Shown here: positions 8,212 through 18,669 of the stretch, piece after piece
How positions within the stretch are numbered: the stretch's first letter is position 1
Layout: each line of letters begins with the position of its first letter
Assembly (NCBI GenBank): GCA_963725795.1
Contig: CAVRZR010000002.1
Coordinates: forward strand, 133,762-197,761
DNA length: 64,000 bases
Source: an uncultured Actinomycetes bacterium
GTDB taxonomy: Bacteria; Actinomycetota; Coriobacteriia; Anaerosomatales; CAVRZR01
Direction: 5' to 3'
The notes under the pieces: generated by a model
Seen by the model: the letters and a program-made list of their open reading frames with translations, nothing else
Database searches by the model: none
Told to the model about the DNA's origin: nothing
Translations under genes and position numbers: made by a program

Positions 8212-9110
8212 CGGGCGGCCTTCGGCACGATGCATTCGATCGCACGCGGAAGTATCTCGATCTGGTAGCGACGCTCGCAGAGCAACTCACCGTCGATCTG
8301 TGCGGGAACCGGCTCCGCGGAGGCGATTGCGATCCGCGCGTGTCGAGACATATGCACGGGTTTCATGCGGGTGTGCCGACCGAATACCAGGAAGGGCAAG
8401 CGCAACAAGGCCTGCGGAAGAGACAGGGGGTCTATCCTGCATATCTCGAACAGGCCGTCGTCCGGGACCGCATCGGGGGCGATCCGAAACCCACCGCCGT
8501 AGGTCGGCCCGTTCGTGATCGCGATGATCAGCGAATCGAGCATCGCGGGATCGTCGTCATCGAACGTGATCTCGAGCGGGAAGCTCGAGAGATCGTGCAA
8601 GAGCACGTGCATGAGAGCCGTGAGATACAGCCAGAGGCCGTCACGGTGCTTGGTCACCTTGTACTCGACTGCCTTCGCCGTCACCTTCGCGTCGAGCCCT
8701 GCAGCGAAGCTGTTGTTGAAGTAGACACCGTTGCAGCGCCCGACGTCGAAGCGTCGCCTCTCGCCCACGACCAGGGCGCGAGCCGCGTCGGTCAGCTCCA
8801 GCGGGACTCCGAGCGTGCGGCGGGTATCGTTCCCCGATCCGGTCGGTAGCAGGCCGAGAGCCGGTCGCGACTCGGGCGGGTGTTCCATGAGACCGTTCAG
8901 GACCTCGTGGACTGTGCCGTCTCCGCCGACGGCCACGACAGCATCGCACCCCTTTGCTGTCCGTGCGAACTCGGCGGCATCCCCCATGCGGCCGGTGATC
9001 AGCGTTTCGTGCGGCACGTTCTCCAGGAGCTTCTCGACGGCCGGCACGAGTGAAGCGGTCGTGCCGTGCCGAGCGGCTGGGTTCACGATCAGGAGCGTCT
9101 TGCCGGGCAT
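8208..9110 (-). CDS. Soluble diacylglycerol/lipid kinase (DgkB/YegS family)
   Basis: IVNPAA, GGDGTVHEV, PTGSGND, GLDA, NGPTYGGG, QIDGE. Confidence 0.92.
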   Translation of the reverse strand: MPGKTLLIVNPAARHGTTASLVPAVEKLLENVPHETLITGRMGDAAEFARTAKGCDAVVAVGGDGTVHEVLNGLMEHPPESRPALGLLPTGSGNDTRRTLGVPLELTDAARALVVGERRRFDVGRCNGVYFNNSFAAGLDAKVTAKAVEYKVTKHRDGLWLYLTALMHVLLHDLSSFPLEITFDDDDPAMLDSLIIAITNGPTYGGGFRIAPDAVPDDGLFEICRIDPLSLPQALLRLPFLVFGRHTRMKPVHMSRHARIAIASAEPVPAQIDGELLCERRYQIEILPRAIECIVPKAAR

Positions 9111-9267
9111 GCGGCCTCCGAGAGTGCCGGCGCATCGTCTGTGAGCAGTCTATCGGTCGGACGACGCCTCGGTCACAACTATGCGACCAGCCACGTAGCT
9201 CGGCGGCACGATCGCGAACCTGTCGGCGGCTGCCAAGTGTATGGTAGAGTGCGTTCTCGCTCGGCGC

Positions 9268-9343
9268 GCCCTCTTAGCCCAGGGGATAGAGCGTCTGCCT
9301 CCGGAGCAGAAGGTCGTAGGTTCGAATCCTACAGAGGGCGCCA
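9268..9343 (+). tRNA. tRNA-Arg(CCG)
   Basis: Acceptor stem GCCCTCT/AGAGGGC, anticodon arm TCTGC-CTCCGGA-GCAGA, GGTTCGAATCC, encoded CCA. Confidence 0.97.
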
Positions 9344-9354
9344 ACGCACACAAG

Positions 9355-9380
9355 AGGGACCGGCCACTCGGCCGGTCCCT
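9355..9380. terminator. Hairpin terminator between convergent tRNA-Arg and EF-G2
   Basis: Perfect 11-bp stem AGGGACCGGCC/GGCCGGTCCCT. Confidence 0.7.
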
Positions 9381-9411
9381 TCGCTACTCGGTGCTGTTGA
9401 GTGGCTTCTGC

Positions 9412-11493
9412 CTAGTGGCCCTCGGCGCGCGCCTTGGCGGCAGCTTCGACGACCTTCTTGGCCATGTCGTGCGGCACTTCCTCATACGACTCCACGGTGA
9501 TCGTGTAGGAGCCCGTGCCGCTCGAGATCGAGCGGAGCGTGGTCGAGTAGTGCACGACCTCGGCGTACGGGATGGTCGCACGGATCCGCTGTCCGCCGTC
9601 CTCCATCGGTTCCATGCCGGCTATGCGCCCGCGCTTTGACGAAATGTCTCCCATGACCGCGCCAGCGTACTCGTCCGGCACCTCGACGACGAGGGTGGCG
9701 ATCGGCTCGAGAAGAACGAGATCCGCCTTCTCGGCGGCGGCTCGGAAGCCGATCCGCGCGGCCGTCTTGAATGCGATCTCTGAGGAGTCGACGCTGTGAT
9801 AGCTTCCGTCGTAGACGGCAACCTTCACGTCGACCAGCGGATAGCCGGCGAGGACGCCTTCCGTCATCGTCGCTACGACGCCTTTCTCGACCGCCGGGAT
9901 GAAATTGCGAGGGATCTTGCCGCCGACGATCTCGTCGAGGAACTCGAATCCGCCGCCCGGATTCGGCTCGAGGCGCAGCCATGCGTCGCCGAACTGGCCG
10001 GAGCCGCCGGTCTGCTTCTTGTGGCGTCCCTGCGCCGATGCGGTCTTGCGGATGGTCTCCCGGTAGGGGATACGCAGCTCCTCGAGCTCCGCTTCGACGT
10101 GGAACCGCTCGCGCAGGCGCGAGAGCACGACGTCGATCGCCGTGTCGCCGAGTGCGGTGAGGACCGTCTGGTGGGTCTCCTCGTCGCGGCGCATGGTGAG
10201 CGTAGGGTCTTCGTCAACGATGGACTTGAGCGCCGTACCGAGTTTGTCCTCGTCTGCCTTGGTCTTGGCGACGATAGCAACGGGGTAGAGCGGCTGAGGC
10301 ATGGGAATCGGGGCGAACTTGATGTCGCCCCTGGGCGAGAGAGTGTCGTTCGTCATCGTGTCCGCCAGCTTGGTGAGGACCGCGATGTCGCCAGCAACGA
10401 CGCCATCCACGTCGGCCATCTCCTTGCCGGTCGCCTTGAACACGTGGGCGATCCGCTCCTTCTTGCCCGTACGCGAGTTCGTCAGTTCGGTATTCGCCGT
10501 GAGAGTTCCCGAGACGACTTTGATGAAGTTGATGCGACCAACGTACGGGTCGGAAAGTGTCTTGAAGACGTGGGCGGCAAGGTCGCCCGACGTCGAGAAG
10601 GGGACTTCTTTGCCGTCGACGGTCTTGAGCGGACCGTGGGCCGTCGGTTGCGGAAAGAAGCCGACGATCTCGTCCATGAGATCCTCCACGCCCTGAAGCG
10701 CGGTGGCGGATCCCACGAAGACCGGGATGAAGATCCCCTGTGCGATCGCAAGACCCAGCAGTTGCTCGAGCTCCTCTTGGCTCAGGCGCTCGCCCTCCAG
10801 GTACTTCTCCATCAAGGCGTCATCAGCCTCGGCGACCAGCTCGGAGAGCTTCTCGCGCGCGGCTTCGGCGACGTCGGCCATGTCCGCGGGGATGTCGAAG
10901 ACCTCTTCTTTGTCGCCTTCGTGGTGGTAGGCCTGCATCCGGATGATGTCGACTACCCCCCTGAAGTCGGCCTCACTGCCCAGCGGCAGCTGCACCGGGC
11001 CTACGCGGTGCCCGAAGGCAGCGTCGATGGCCGCCATGGAAGAGTCGAAGTCCGCGTGCTCCTTGTCGAGCCGGTTGATGAAGATCGCGCGAGCGATGCC
11101 CATCTCGCCTGCGATCTTCCACAGGCGCTTGGTCTGGACCTGCGGTCCCGACACCGCGTCGACCACGAAGAGTGCCATCTCGGCGGCTTCCATCGCCGCA
11201 ACGGCATCGCCGATGAAGTCGGCATAACCGGGAGTGTCGATGACGTTGATCTTCACGCCTTTGTGGGTGACCGGTGCGACAGCGAGGTTCATAGTGAACT
11301 TGCGCTTCTGTTCCTCGAAGTCGTAGTCGAGGGTGCTGCTCCCGGCATCGACTGACCCAAGGCGCTTCGTCGACCCTGAGAGGAACAGCATCGCCTCTGC
11401 GAGAGAGGTCTTGCCCGCACCGCCGTGGCCGACGAGTGCGACGTTGCGGACCTTTTCAGTAGCGAGGGCTCCCAAGTGCATCTCCTCCTTCAT
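9412..11493 (-). CDS. fusA2: Elongation factor G-like protein (EF-G2 paralog)
   Basis: GHGGAGKTS, DTPGYADF, NRLD, YRETIRK, KKQTGGSGQFGD, DGSYHSVDSS; not in an str operon. Confidence 0.9.
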   Translation of the reverse strand: MKEEMHLGALATEKVRNVALVGHGGAGKTSLAEAMLFLSGSTKRLGSVDAGSSTLDYDFEEQKRKFTMNLAVAPVTHKGVKINVIDTPGYADFIGDAVAAMEAAEMALFVVDAVSGPQVQTKRLWKIAGEMGIARAIFINRLDKEHADFDSSMAAIDAAFGHRVGPVQLPLGSEADFRGVVDIIRMQAYHHEGDKEEVFDIPADMADVAEAAREKLSELVAEADDALMEKYLEGERLSQEELEQLLGLAIAQGIFIPVFVGSATALQGVEDLMDEIVGFFPQPTAHGPLKTVDGKEVPFSTSGDLAAHVFKTLSDPYVGRINFIKVVSGTLTANTELTNSRTGKKERIAHVFKATGKEMADVDGVVAGDIAVLTKLADTMTNDTLSPRGDIKFAPIPMPQPLYPVAIVAKTKADEDKLGTALKSIVDEDPTLTMRRDEETHQTVLTALGDTAIDVVLSRLRERFHVEAELEELRIPYRETIRKTASAQGRHKKQTGGSGQFGDAWLRLEPNPGGGFEFLDEIVGGKIPRNFIPAVEKGVVATMTEGVLAGYPLVDVKVAVYDGSYHSVDSSEIAFKTAARIGFRAAAEKADLVLLEPIATLVVEVPDEYAGAVMGDISSKRGRIAGMEPMEDGGQRIRATIPYAEVVHYSTTLRSISSGTGSYTITVESYEEVPHDMAKKVVEAAAKARAEGH

Positions 11494-11663
11494 GACGCTC
11501 GAAAATGCGCGAAGGCAACAGACCGGCGCCCGCCGGTGCGTCGTATGCCTAGCGCAGCAGTCTACTCCTTATCAGCCCCACGAGGCACTGGTAGAATGGC
11601 GGGCAGTCTGCGGCCGCTCGGCCCGCTGTGCACCGCTCACTCGCATCAACAAGGAGGGTCTTT

Positions 11664-12341
11664 GTGAGGTTCCGTTCCTGGTCTCTAGCTCTGTTGATCG
11701 TGATCGCCGTGGTCACGGTCGGTATCTCATCAGGCTGTTCGAATTCCGGCACCGACTCGGAATCTGCAACGACGCAATCTCAAGAAACGGCGCCGGAGAC
11801 CTCCGCCACCACTACCGAGACCACGGCCGACGAGTCGGCCCAGATGACAGGGGAGGAACCCTTGTATACGGCACAGTACGAACCGAACGGAAATGAGATC
11901 GCTGTCATCAAGACACCGAAGGGCACGATCAAGTTCAAGTTCTACTCCAAGGACGCGCCGAATCACGTTGCGGCGTTCATCGAGCTGGCGAAGAAGGGCT
12001 TCTACAACGGTACGAAGTTCCATCGAGTCGAGCCGGGCTTCGTGATCCAAGGCGGCGACCCGCTGTCCAAGAGCGACGATCCGATGGTGGGAACGGGTGG
12101 ACCAGGATACCGGCTGAAGGCCGAGTTCAACAGCCAGAAGCACCTGGCCGGCACGGTCGCCATGGCGCGCTCCCAAGACCCGGATTCGGCTGGGTCGCAG
12201 TTCTACATCTGTCTGGGACCTCAGCCGGCGTTGGACGGGCAATACACCGTCTTTGGTCAGGTCACCGATGGAATGGACGTCGTTCAGGCGACCTCCGTCG
12301 GAGATGTCATGGAGTCTGTGACCATCGAGAACGCCAACTAG
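11664..12341 (+). CDS. Cyclophilin-type peptidyl-prolyl isomerase, probable lipoprotein
   Basis: Signal peptide with SSGC lipobox, Thr/Glu linker, [31 protein letters not shown]. Confidence 0.92.
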   Translation: MRFRSWSLALLIVIAVVTVGISSGCSNSGTDSESATTQSQETAPETSATTTETTADESAQMTGEEPLYTAQYEPNGNEIAVIKTPKGTIKFKFYSKDAPNHVAAFIELAKKGFYNGTKFHRVEPGFVIQGGDPLSKSDDPMVGTGGPGYRLKAEFNSQKHLAGTVAMARSQDPDSAGSQFYICLGPQPALDGQYTVFGQVTDGMDVVQATSVGDVMESVTIENAN

Positions 12342-12362
12342 GAAGAGACGCAGAGGCATCTG

Positions 12363-13742
12363 GTGGATGACGCCCGCTTCGCTGAAGCGCGCAAGGCATA
12401 TGACGCCGGGGACTATCGGCTTGCCGCGAAGGAGTTCCTGGCAGCGGCAGGACACGGGAAGGACGGCAACGGCGCGGCCTACCACATGGCAGGCAACGCG
12501 CTCCTTCGGCTTCGCCGTTTCGTAGACGCGGTCACCGTCTACGGCCATGCGCTCGAAGACGAGCTGTACTCCAAGCACGCGGCCGTCCATGTGAACCGTG
12601 CATCGGCACAGGTCGCTCTTGGTGAGTACACCGACGCGATAGCCTCGTACGAAACGGCGCTCGCGGACCCTTCGTATGCCACTCCCTACAAAGCCCTCCA
12701 GGGGATGGCATCGGCCCTTCTCGAGATGGGACGCACCGAGGAGGCAGCGGCGGCCTATCGCCGAGCGGCGCTGGATGAGACCAACCCCAATCCCGGCGCG
12801 GCCCTCGTGAATCTCGGATTGTGCTTCATGGCCCTTGACCGCCCGGCGGACGCTGTGGAGGCCTACCAGGCCGCACTGGGCTTCGACGAGTATGCGGGCC
12901 GAGGAAAGGCACTCGCCAACCTTGGCCAGGCGTACGCGGCTCTCGGTCGGTACGAGGAGGCGGTGCGCGCCTTCGACAAGGCCACCAACCTTCACGGGCA
13001 CGTGCTCTCGCCGACCGCGACAGCCGCCTTTGAGCAGAGTCTTGTCGCAACTCAACCGAGACCCGCCACGGTCGAAGGCTGGCTCACCGGCGAGATACCG
13101 CCGGTCGTCGAACCCTCGTCCGACGACTCCGGATGGGACACCGGCGCGCTTGCCTCACTGTCGGTCGAAGGTCTCGGATACGAGGGGCTGTCGGAGCCCG
13201 TCGACATCGCCGCACTCGGCGGTCCAGGTGCCGGCGTCATTGACGACGACGAGGAAGTCCGCGTCTTCCTGAGCAGGACCGAAGACGAGATGCGCGATCG
13301 GGACCGCGAACTCCGTCAGGCCGAAAGGCGCGCGAAGCGCGAGGCCGCGTCGTGGACGCCGATCGCTATCGCGGCGGCAGCGGTCGTGGGCGTGCTCATT
13401 GTGTTGGGCTTGATGTACCAAGGCGGTTACGGCTGGCCCACGCAACGTCAGACGGTGAACGCCCTATTGTCGGCACAGCAGGACGGTCGGCCGGTGACGA
13501 GCTACTGGGTCGCCGTTCCCGAACGTGACGTCCGTAAGGAGATGGCGAAGATACCCGCGATGTCCGGGTTCACCGTCGACGGTGTCGATGGCGGATCGAC
13601 GGCGTCGACCGCGAGCGTGACCGTCACTCCCGCCTCCGGTGCGGACCTGCGCTACGAGATCACGCTCGAACGCGAGGGGGTCGGGTGGAAGGTCACGGGC
13701 ATCGAGAACGACTGGGACTCGTCTACCAACGGCAGCTCCTGA
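12363..13742 (+). CDS. TPR-repeat membrane-anchored protein
   Basis: Several TPR repeats (ALVNLG, ALANLGQAY), acidic linker, one TM helix, C-terminal domain. Confidence 0.8.
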   Translation: MDDARFAEARKAYDAGDYRLAAKEFLAAAGHGKDGNGAAYHMAGNALLRLRRFVDAVTVYGHALEDELYSKHAAVHVNRASAQVALGEYTDAIASYETALADPSYATPYKALQGMASALLEMGRTEEAAAAYRRAALDETNPNPGAALVNLGLCFMALDRPADAVEAYQAALGFDEYAGRGKALANLGQAYAALGRYEEAVRAFDKATNLHGHVLSPTATAAFEQSLVATQPRPATVEGWLTGEIPPVVEPSSDDSGWDTGALASLSVEGLGYEGLSEPVDIAALGGPGAGVIDDDEEVRVFLSRTEDEMRDRDRELRQAERRAKREAASWTPIAIAAAAVVGVLIVLGLMYQGGYGWPTQRQTVNALLSAQQDGRPVTSYWVAVPERDVRKEMAKIPAMSGFTVDGVDGGSTASTASVTVTPASGADLRYEITLEREGVGWKVTGIENDWDSSTNGSS

Positions 13743-13837
13743 CGAGCTGCCCCTGCGATCGCGTGAGATAGAGCGCCCAAGGGCGACGCAGCGGTTGCAG
13801 CACACACACTGAGCTTTCACGGAAGGAAGGACGTGCA

Positions 13838-14239
13838 ATGGAGCAGAAGACGTATGTGATGATCAAGCCCGACGCCGTTTCGCGAGGTCTCGTCGGCGCG
13901 ATCGTGAGCCGTATCGAGGCAGTCGGGCTCAGAATCGAGCGCATGGAACTCGGACAGGTCTCGGCTGCCGAGGCGGCGGCGAACTACGCCGAGCACGAGG
14001 GGAAGCCCTTCTACGACGGACTCGTCGCCTACATCACGTCCGGACCTGTTGTGAAGATGGTCGTCTCGGGCCCTGATGCCGTCGCGATCTGCAGGAAGCT
14101 CATGGGCGCGACCAACCCTGCCGAGGCGGCTCCGGGCACCATTCGAGGGGACTTCGCGCTGAGCCTCGATGCCAACGCGATCCACGGCTCGGACTCGCCC
14201 CAGTCCGCTGAGCGGGAGATCGGGATATTCTTCGGGTGA
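13838..14239 (+). CDS. ndk: Nucleoside diphosphate kinase
   Basis: MIKPDAV, HEGKPFY, GATNP, PGTIRGDF, NAIHGSDS. Confidence 0.97.
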   Translation: MEQKTYVMIKPDAVSRGLVGAIVSRIEAVGLRIERMELGQVSAAEAAANYAEHEGKPFYDGLVAYITSGPVVKMVVSGPDAVAICRKLMGATNPAEAAPGTIRGDFALSLDANAIHGSDSPQSAEREIGIFFG

Positions 14240-14406
14240 GTATCGGCTGCGCGGCCATTGGCGCATAGGGCCAAGAAGACTCGAAGGGCCACCGCAGATC
14301 GGATTATCACAGTGCCGTTACACAGACTTAGCGCGGTCCAATAGAGGAAACGCGTCCTACCTGTAGAATCTGCGCACAATATCCGTTCCGGCAGACGGGA
14401 GCTCGG

Positions 14407-15709
14407 GTGGCGCGAAGCTTGTTCAAGGGAGGAGTCCATCCGCCCGACCGGAAGGATGCGACTCGCGGTCGCCCGATAGAGCGGATGGCCTTGCCCGAGA
14501 GACTCGTCGTGCCGATGAGCCAGCACTTGGGCGCGCCATGCCAGCCGCTCGTCAGCGAGGGCGATCCGGTATTGCGGGGCCAGCTCATCGGCGACGTCGA
14601 CGCCATGGTGAGCGCGCCTGTCCACAGCCCGGCGGCGGGCTATGTCACAGGCATCGTGACTACCCTCACGCCTGCCGGCACGGTCTCCACGGCGGTGGAG
14701 ATCGCCGTGTCTCGGCCGCAGAGACCTCGACGATTTCGTGGAGCTTCCGCTTACCGACTCGATTCCGGACATGGCTCGGGCCGCAGGGCTTGTGGGCATG
14801 GGCGGCGCGGCTTTCCCGACCCACGTGAAACTGCGCCCGCCGAAAGACATGCCCATCGAGGCGGTCATCATCAACGGATGCGAGTGCGAACCGTTCCTGA
14901 CTACTGACGAACGCCTGATGATCGAGCACCCGGGCGCGGTCGTCGCGGGCGCCCGACTCATCAGGGACGCGGTAGGTGCGAAGCGCGTCGTGGTGGGGAT
15001 CGAGGACAACAAGCCGGAGGCCGTCGCGAGCATGCGAGCTTCCGCAGGCGACGACGTGCAGGTTCTGGCGCTGCCCGTCCGGTATCCACAGGGCGCCGAG
15101 AAGATGCTGATACAAGCAGTCCTGGGCAAAGAGGTCGGACACGGGAAGCTGCCCGCTTCGGCAGGGGCGCTCGTGTCGAACGTCGGGACGGCGGTGGCTC
15201 TTGCGGATGCCATGGAACGCAGGCGTCCCCTGATGGAGCGCGTCGTGACGGTCACCGGGGGCGTGAAGAGGCCGGGCAACTACCTGGTGCTCGTTGGGAC
15301 TCTCGTCTCGGACCTCATCGCCTTCGCAGGAGGGCTCGACGACGATGTGGACCGCATTATCGCGGGCGGTCCCATGACGGGGTTCGCACTCGGCTCTTTG
15401 GATGTGCCCGTCGTGAAGGGCACCTCGGGCATCGTCGCGCTCAAGAAGAGCGAGGTCGGGCCTGCCATACAAGGCGATCAGCCCTGCGTACGTTGCTCCC
15501 GCTGCATGCACGCCTGCCCGATGATGCTTCAGCCGTGGGCCATCGCGAGCGCCGCCGATAGGCGCGATTGGGACACTGCGGAGGAGTACCACGCACTCGA
15601 CTGCATCGAGTGCGGCTCGTGCACCTACGTTTGTCCTACTCGGCGGCCACTCGTGCAGTTGATCAGGCGGTCCAAGCAGACGCTCATGGAGAGGGGGGCG
15701 AAGCTGTGA
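14407..15709 (+). CDS. rnfC: Rnf complex subunit C (frameshift near 14715)
   Basis: FKGGVHPP, SQHLGAP, GMGGAAFPTHVK, NGCECEP, YPQGAEK, two 4Fe-4S motifs. Confidence 0.92.
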
Positions 15710-16775
15710 CGGCCGAATCGAATGCGGCACCCGAGCAGAGTGGAGCCGAACCCCTCGCTCCGGTGATCCCGCTGCACGTTGCCCCTTCGGCGCATATCGT
15801 CGCCCCGGAAAGCGTCACGCACATCATGCTTTGGGTCGTTGGGGCGCTCCTACCGATAGCGTTCTACGCTGTCTGGCTGATGGGTTGGGTCGTGGCGAGC
15901 GTGATCATCATGTGCGTGGTATCCGCTGTCGCCACCGAGTGGGTCTGGAACGCCGCGTTCCGGAAGCCGCAAACGCTCAGGGACGGCAGTGCGCTGGTAA
16001 CCGGGCTGCTGCTGGCATTCTGCCTTCCGCCCCGCACGCCGCTCTGGATCGCCTTCATCGGCGGCGTCGTCGCGATCGCGCTCGCCAAGATGATCTTCGG
16101 CGGACTCGGGTGGAACCAGTTCAACCCGGCGCTGGTCGGCCGGGCCGTCGTGTTGCTGTCATGGCTCGGCGTGATGAGCAAGGTCGAGCCGTACGCCGGC
16201 GGATGGTACCGGGTTATGCCGCCCACCAGCGGACCAGGCGTCGACACCATCACGGGCGCCACGCGGCTTGCGATCGCTTCCGCGGACCGGGCGGCGAACG
16301 GCTCGTACGGGTTCGATCTCAGCGCACAGTACGGCGCGCTGCTCTTCAGGAACCTGCAGGGATGCATCGGCGAGGTGTCCGGGGCGCTCATCATCGTCGG
16401 TGGCCTGGTTCTCATCCTGAAGGGCATCGTCGATTGGCGTATCCCGCTCGGCTATGTCGGGACGGTCGCGCTGTTGTCGTGGCTGTTCGGCTCGGACCCG
16501 ATCTTCAACGTGCTCGCGGGTGGCGTGCTGCTCGGCGCGTTCTTCATGGCAACGGACTACGTGACCTCGCCAATGACACGCGGCGGCCGGCTTCGTGTTC
16601 GGCGATCGGGTGCGGCCTCTTCAACACGGTGACCCGCTTCTACGGACCGATGCCCGAGACGACCACCTTCGCGATCCTGTTCATGAACGGACTCGCTCCG
16701 CTCATCGACAGGGGTTTCCAGCCGAGGACGTTCGGCTGGACTCGCGGCCGCAAGGCGGTGAAGGCCGATGCCTAA
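15706..16775 (+). CDS. rnfD: Rnf complex subunit D (frameshift near 16600)
   Basis: DGSALVTGLL, FGGLGWNQFNPALVGR, flavinylation site DTITGAT, FFMATDYVTSP, AILFMN. Confidence 0.92.
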
Positions 16776-17363
16776 GAAGCGCGCTTCGAATCTCGAGATG
16801 ATCGTGTCCGTCGTCGTCGTGTGCGCGGTCGCGGCTGGCGGCCTCGCGCTCACGTATTCGGTGACGAAGGATCGTATCGCCGAGCAGGACCGTCTCGCTC
16901 GCGAGAAAGCGCTCGTTGCGTCTCTGGCGGGTGCGGACACGTTCGAACCCCTCGGACCCGCGGCGGTCTCCACCGCTCAGCAGGCGGCCGGCGACGTGAC
17001 TCGTCTACGGCGTGTACAAGGCCAGCGCTGATGGCGAAGACGATCGGGTACGGCGGTGGAGGTCGGACCCGCGGGCTACGGCGGTCCGATCAGGATGGTT
17101 GTGGGATTGGATAGAAGCGGGAAAGTGACAGGCGTCACGATCGTCACCATGAATGAGACACCCGGTCTGGGCAGCCAGATCGTCGACAAGAAGGACTTCT
17201 TGCCCCAGTTCGAGCAGGTGAAGGCGGATTCGGCCGAGGACGACCTCAAGAAGGTCGACTTGATCACGGGCGCCACCAAGTCCTCCGGGGTGCACGAAAC
17301 GGCGTGGCGGCGGCAACCGCCGTCTATACGGCACTAGTCGAAAGCGGGGCGGTCACGCCATGA
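16768..17363 (+). CDS. rnfG: Rnf complex subunit G (several indels)
   Basis: N-terminal TM, GYGGPI, NETPGLG, FMN site DLITGATKSS; reconstructed end overlaps the rnfE start (ATGA). Confidence 0.85.
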
Positions 17364-18043
17364 GCGATTTCAGGAGGGTATTCCTTGACGGGATCTCGCT
17401 CGAGAACCCGCTCACGGTGCTCATGATCGGCCTTTGTGCTCCACGCTTGGCGGTGTCCACCAAGTTCGAAGGCTCGCTGTTCATGGGCATCGCGGTGATC
17501 TTCGTGCTCGTGATGAGCAACGTTCTCATATCCGCGCTGCGCAAGTTCACGCCCGACGAGGTGCGAATCCCGATCTTCATCGTCGTGATCGCGTCGTTCG
17601 TGACGATCGTCGACTTGTCGATGAAGGCGTTCGTCCCGAGCATCTACGCGTTTCTCGGGGTGTGGGTGCCTCTCATCGTCGTGAACTGCATCGTGCTTGG
17701 TCGTGCCGAGGCGTTCGCCTATCACAACACCGTGTGGCTCTCGATCGCCGACGGTCTGGGTATGGGCCTCGGCTACACGATCATCATCGCGGGTCTCGCC
17801 GCGGTGCGTGAACTCGTCGGCAGCGGTCGCTTGCTGTTCCTCGGGAACCAGATCGTGGCGATGCCGTCATGGTACGTCGGGCCGAACATCATCCTGTTGT
17901 TCCCCGGCGCGTTCATCTTGTTCGGATTCGTCATTGCTGCAAGCCACGCACTCAATCGCCGAACAAGGGCGCGTACGGGCAAACCGGATCTCACCGAGCA
18001 GAAGCGCGAAGCATGCGGGGGGTGCACGGCATGCATGAAATGA
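17360..18043 (+). CDS. rnfE: Rnf complex subunit E
   Basis: ENP, VRIPIFIVVIASFVT, PLIVVNCIVLGRAEAFA, DGLGMGLG, RELVG. Confidence 0.95.
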   Translation: MSDFRRVFLDGISLENPLTVLMIGLCAPRLAVSTKFEGSLFMGIAVIFVLVMSNVLISALRKFTPDEVRIPIFIVVIASFVTIVDLSMKAFVPSIYAFLGVWVPLIVVNCIVLGRAEAFAYHNTVWLSIADGLGMGLGYTIIIAGLAAVRELVGSGRLLFLGNQIVAMPSWYVGPNIILLFPGAFILFGFVIAASHALNRRTRARTGKPDLTEQKREACGGCTACMK

Positions 18044-18660
18044 GCTGGTGGACGCAGATAGCCCTGCTGCTGGTCGGCGCCGCCCTCGTACAGAACATCT
18101 TGCTTACACGCTTTATCGCGCTCTGCTCGTTCTTCGGGATCTCGAACTCGATGAAGACGTCTGTCGGGATGAGCTTCGCAGTCATCTTCGTCATGGTTAT
18201 GGCTTCCGCTGCGACATGGGTCTTCTACTACGGCGTTCTCAACCCGCTGGGTGTCGGCGAGTTCCTCTACATTCCGGCCTTCATACTCGTGATCGCCGGG
18301 CTCGTGCAGTTCGTGGAGATGTACCTGCGCAAATACAGTCCCGCACTGTATCGCGCCATGGGCATCTACCTGCCACTCATCACGACCAACTGCGCCGTCC
18401 TTGCCGCCGCGACCGAATCGGTCAAGCCGGGCTTCTTCAAGATGAACATGCCGTACCAGTTCACGTTTTGGCAGGCCGTCATCTACACGCTAGGTGTCGC
18501 GCTCGGTTACGGATTTGCTCTGCTTAGCTTCACAGCGTTGAGAGAGCGGCTGGACGTTGCGCCTGTGCCGCAGTCGCTCAAGGGTGCGCCGATGTCATTC
18601 ATCGCGGCCGGGCTTCTGTCACTCGGCTACATCGGCCTCGGTTCACTCTTCGGACTCTAG
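18040..18660 (+). CDS. rnfA: Rnf complex subunit A
   Basis: FILVIAGLVQFVE, GIYLPLITTNCAVL, LRERL. Confidence 0.95.
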   Translation: MSWWTQIALLLVGAALVQNILLTRFIALCSFFGISNSMKTSVGMSFAVIFVMVMASAATWVFYYGVLNPLGVGEFLYIPAFILVIAGLVQFVEMYLRKYSPALYRAMGIYLPLITTNCAVLAAATESVKPGFFKMNMPYQFTFWQAVIYTLGVALGYGFALLSFTALRERLDVAPVPQSLKGAPMSFIAAGLLSLGYIGLGSLFGL

Positions 18661-18669
18661 GAGTTGCAC

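Noticed and set aside
9268-9411. tRNA-Arg and tRNA-Ala as integration sites for islands
   Set aside because: No integrase, no duplicated tRNA 3' end noticed, and no compositional shift nearby.
14300-14385. Possible Rex operator upstream of rnfC
   Set aside because: Only the CACAA half-site matches; the palindrome is too degenerate.
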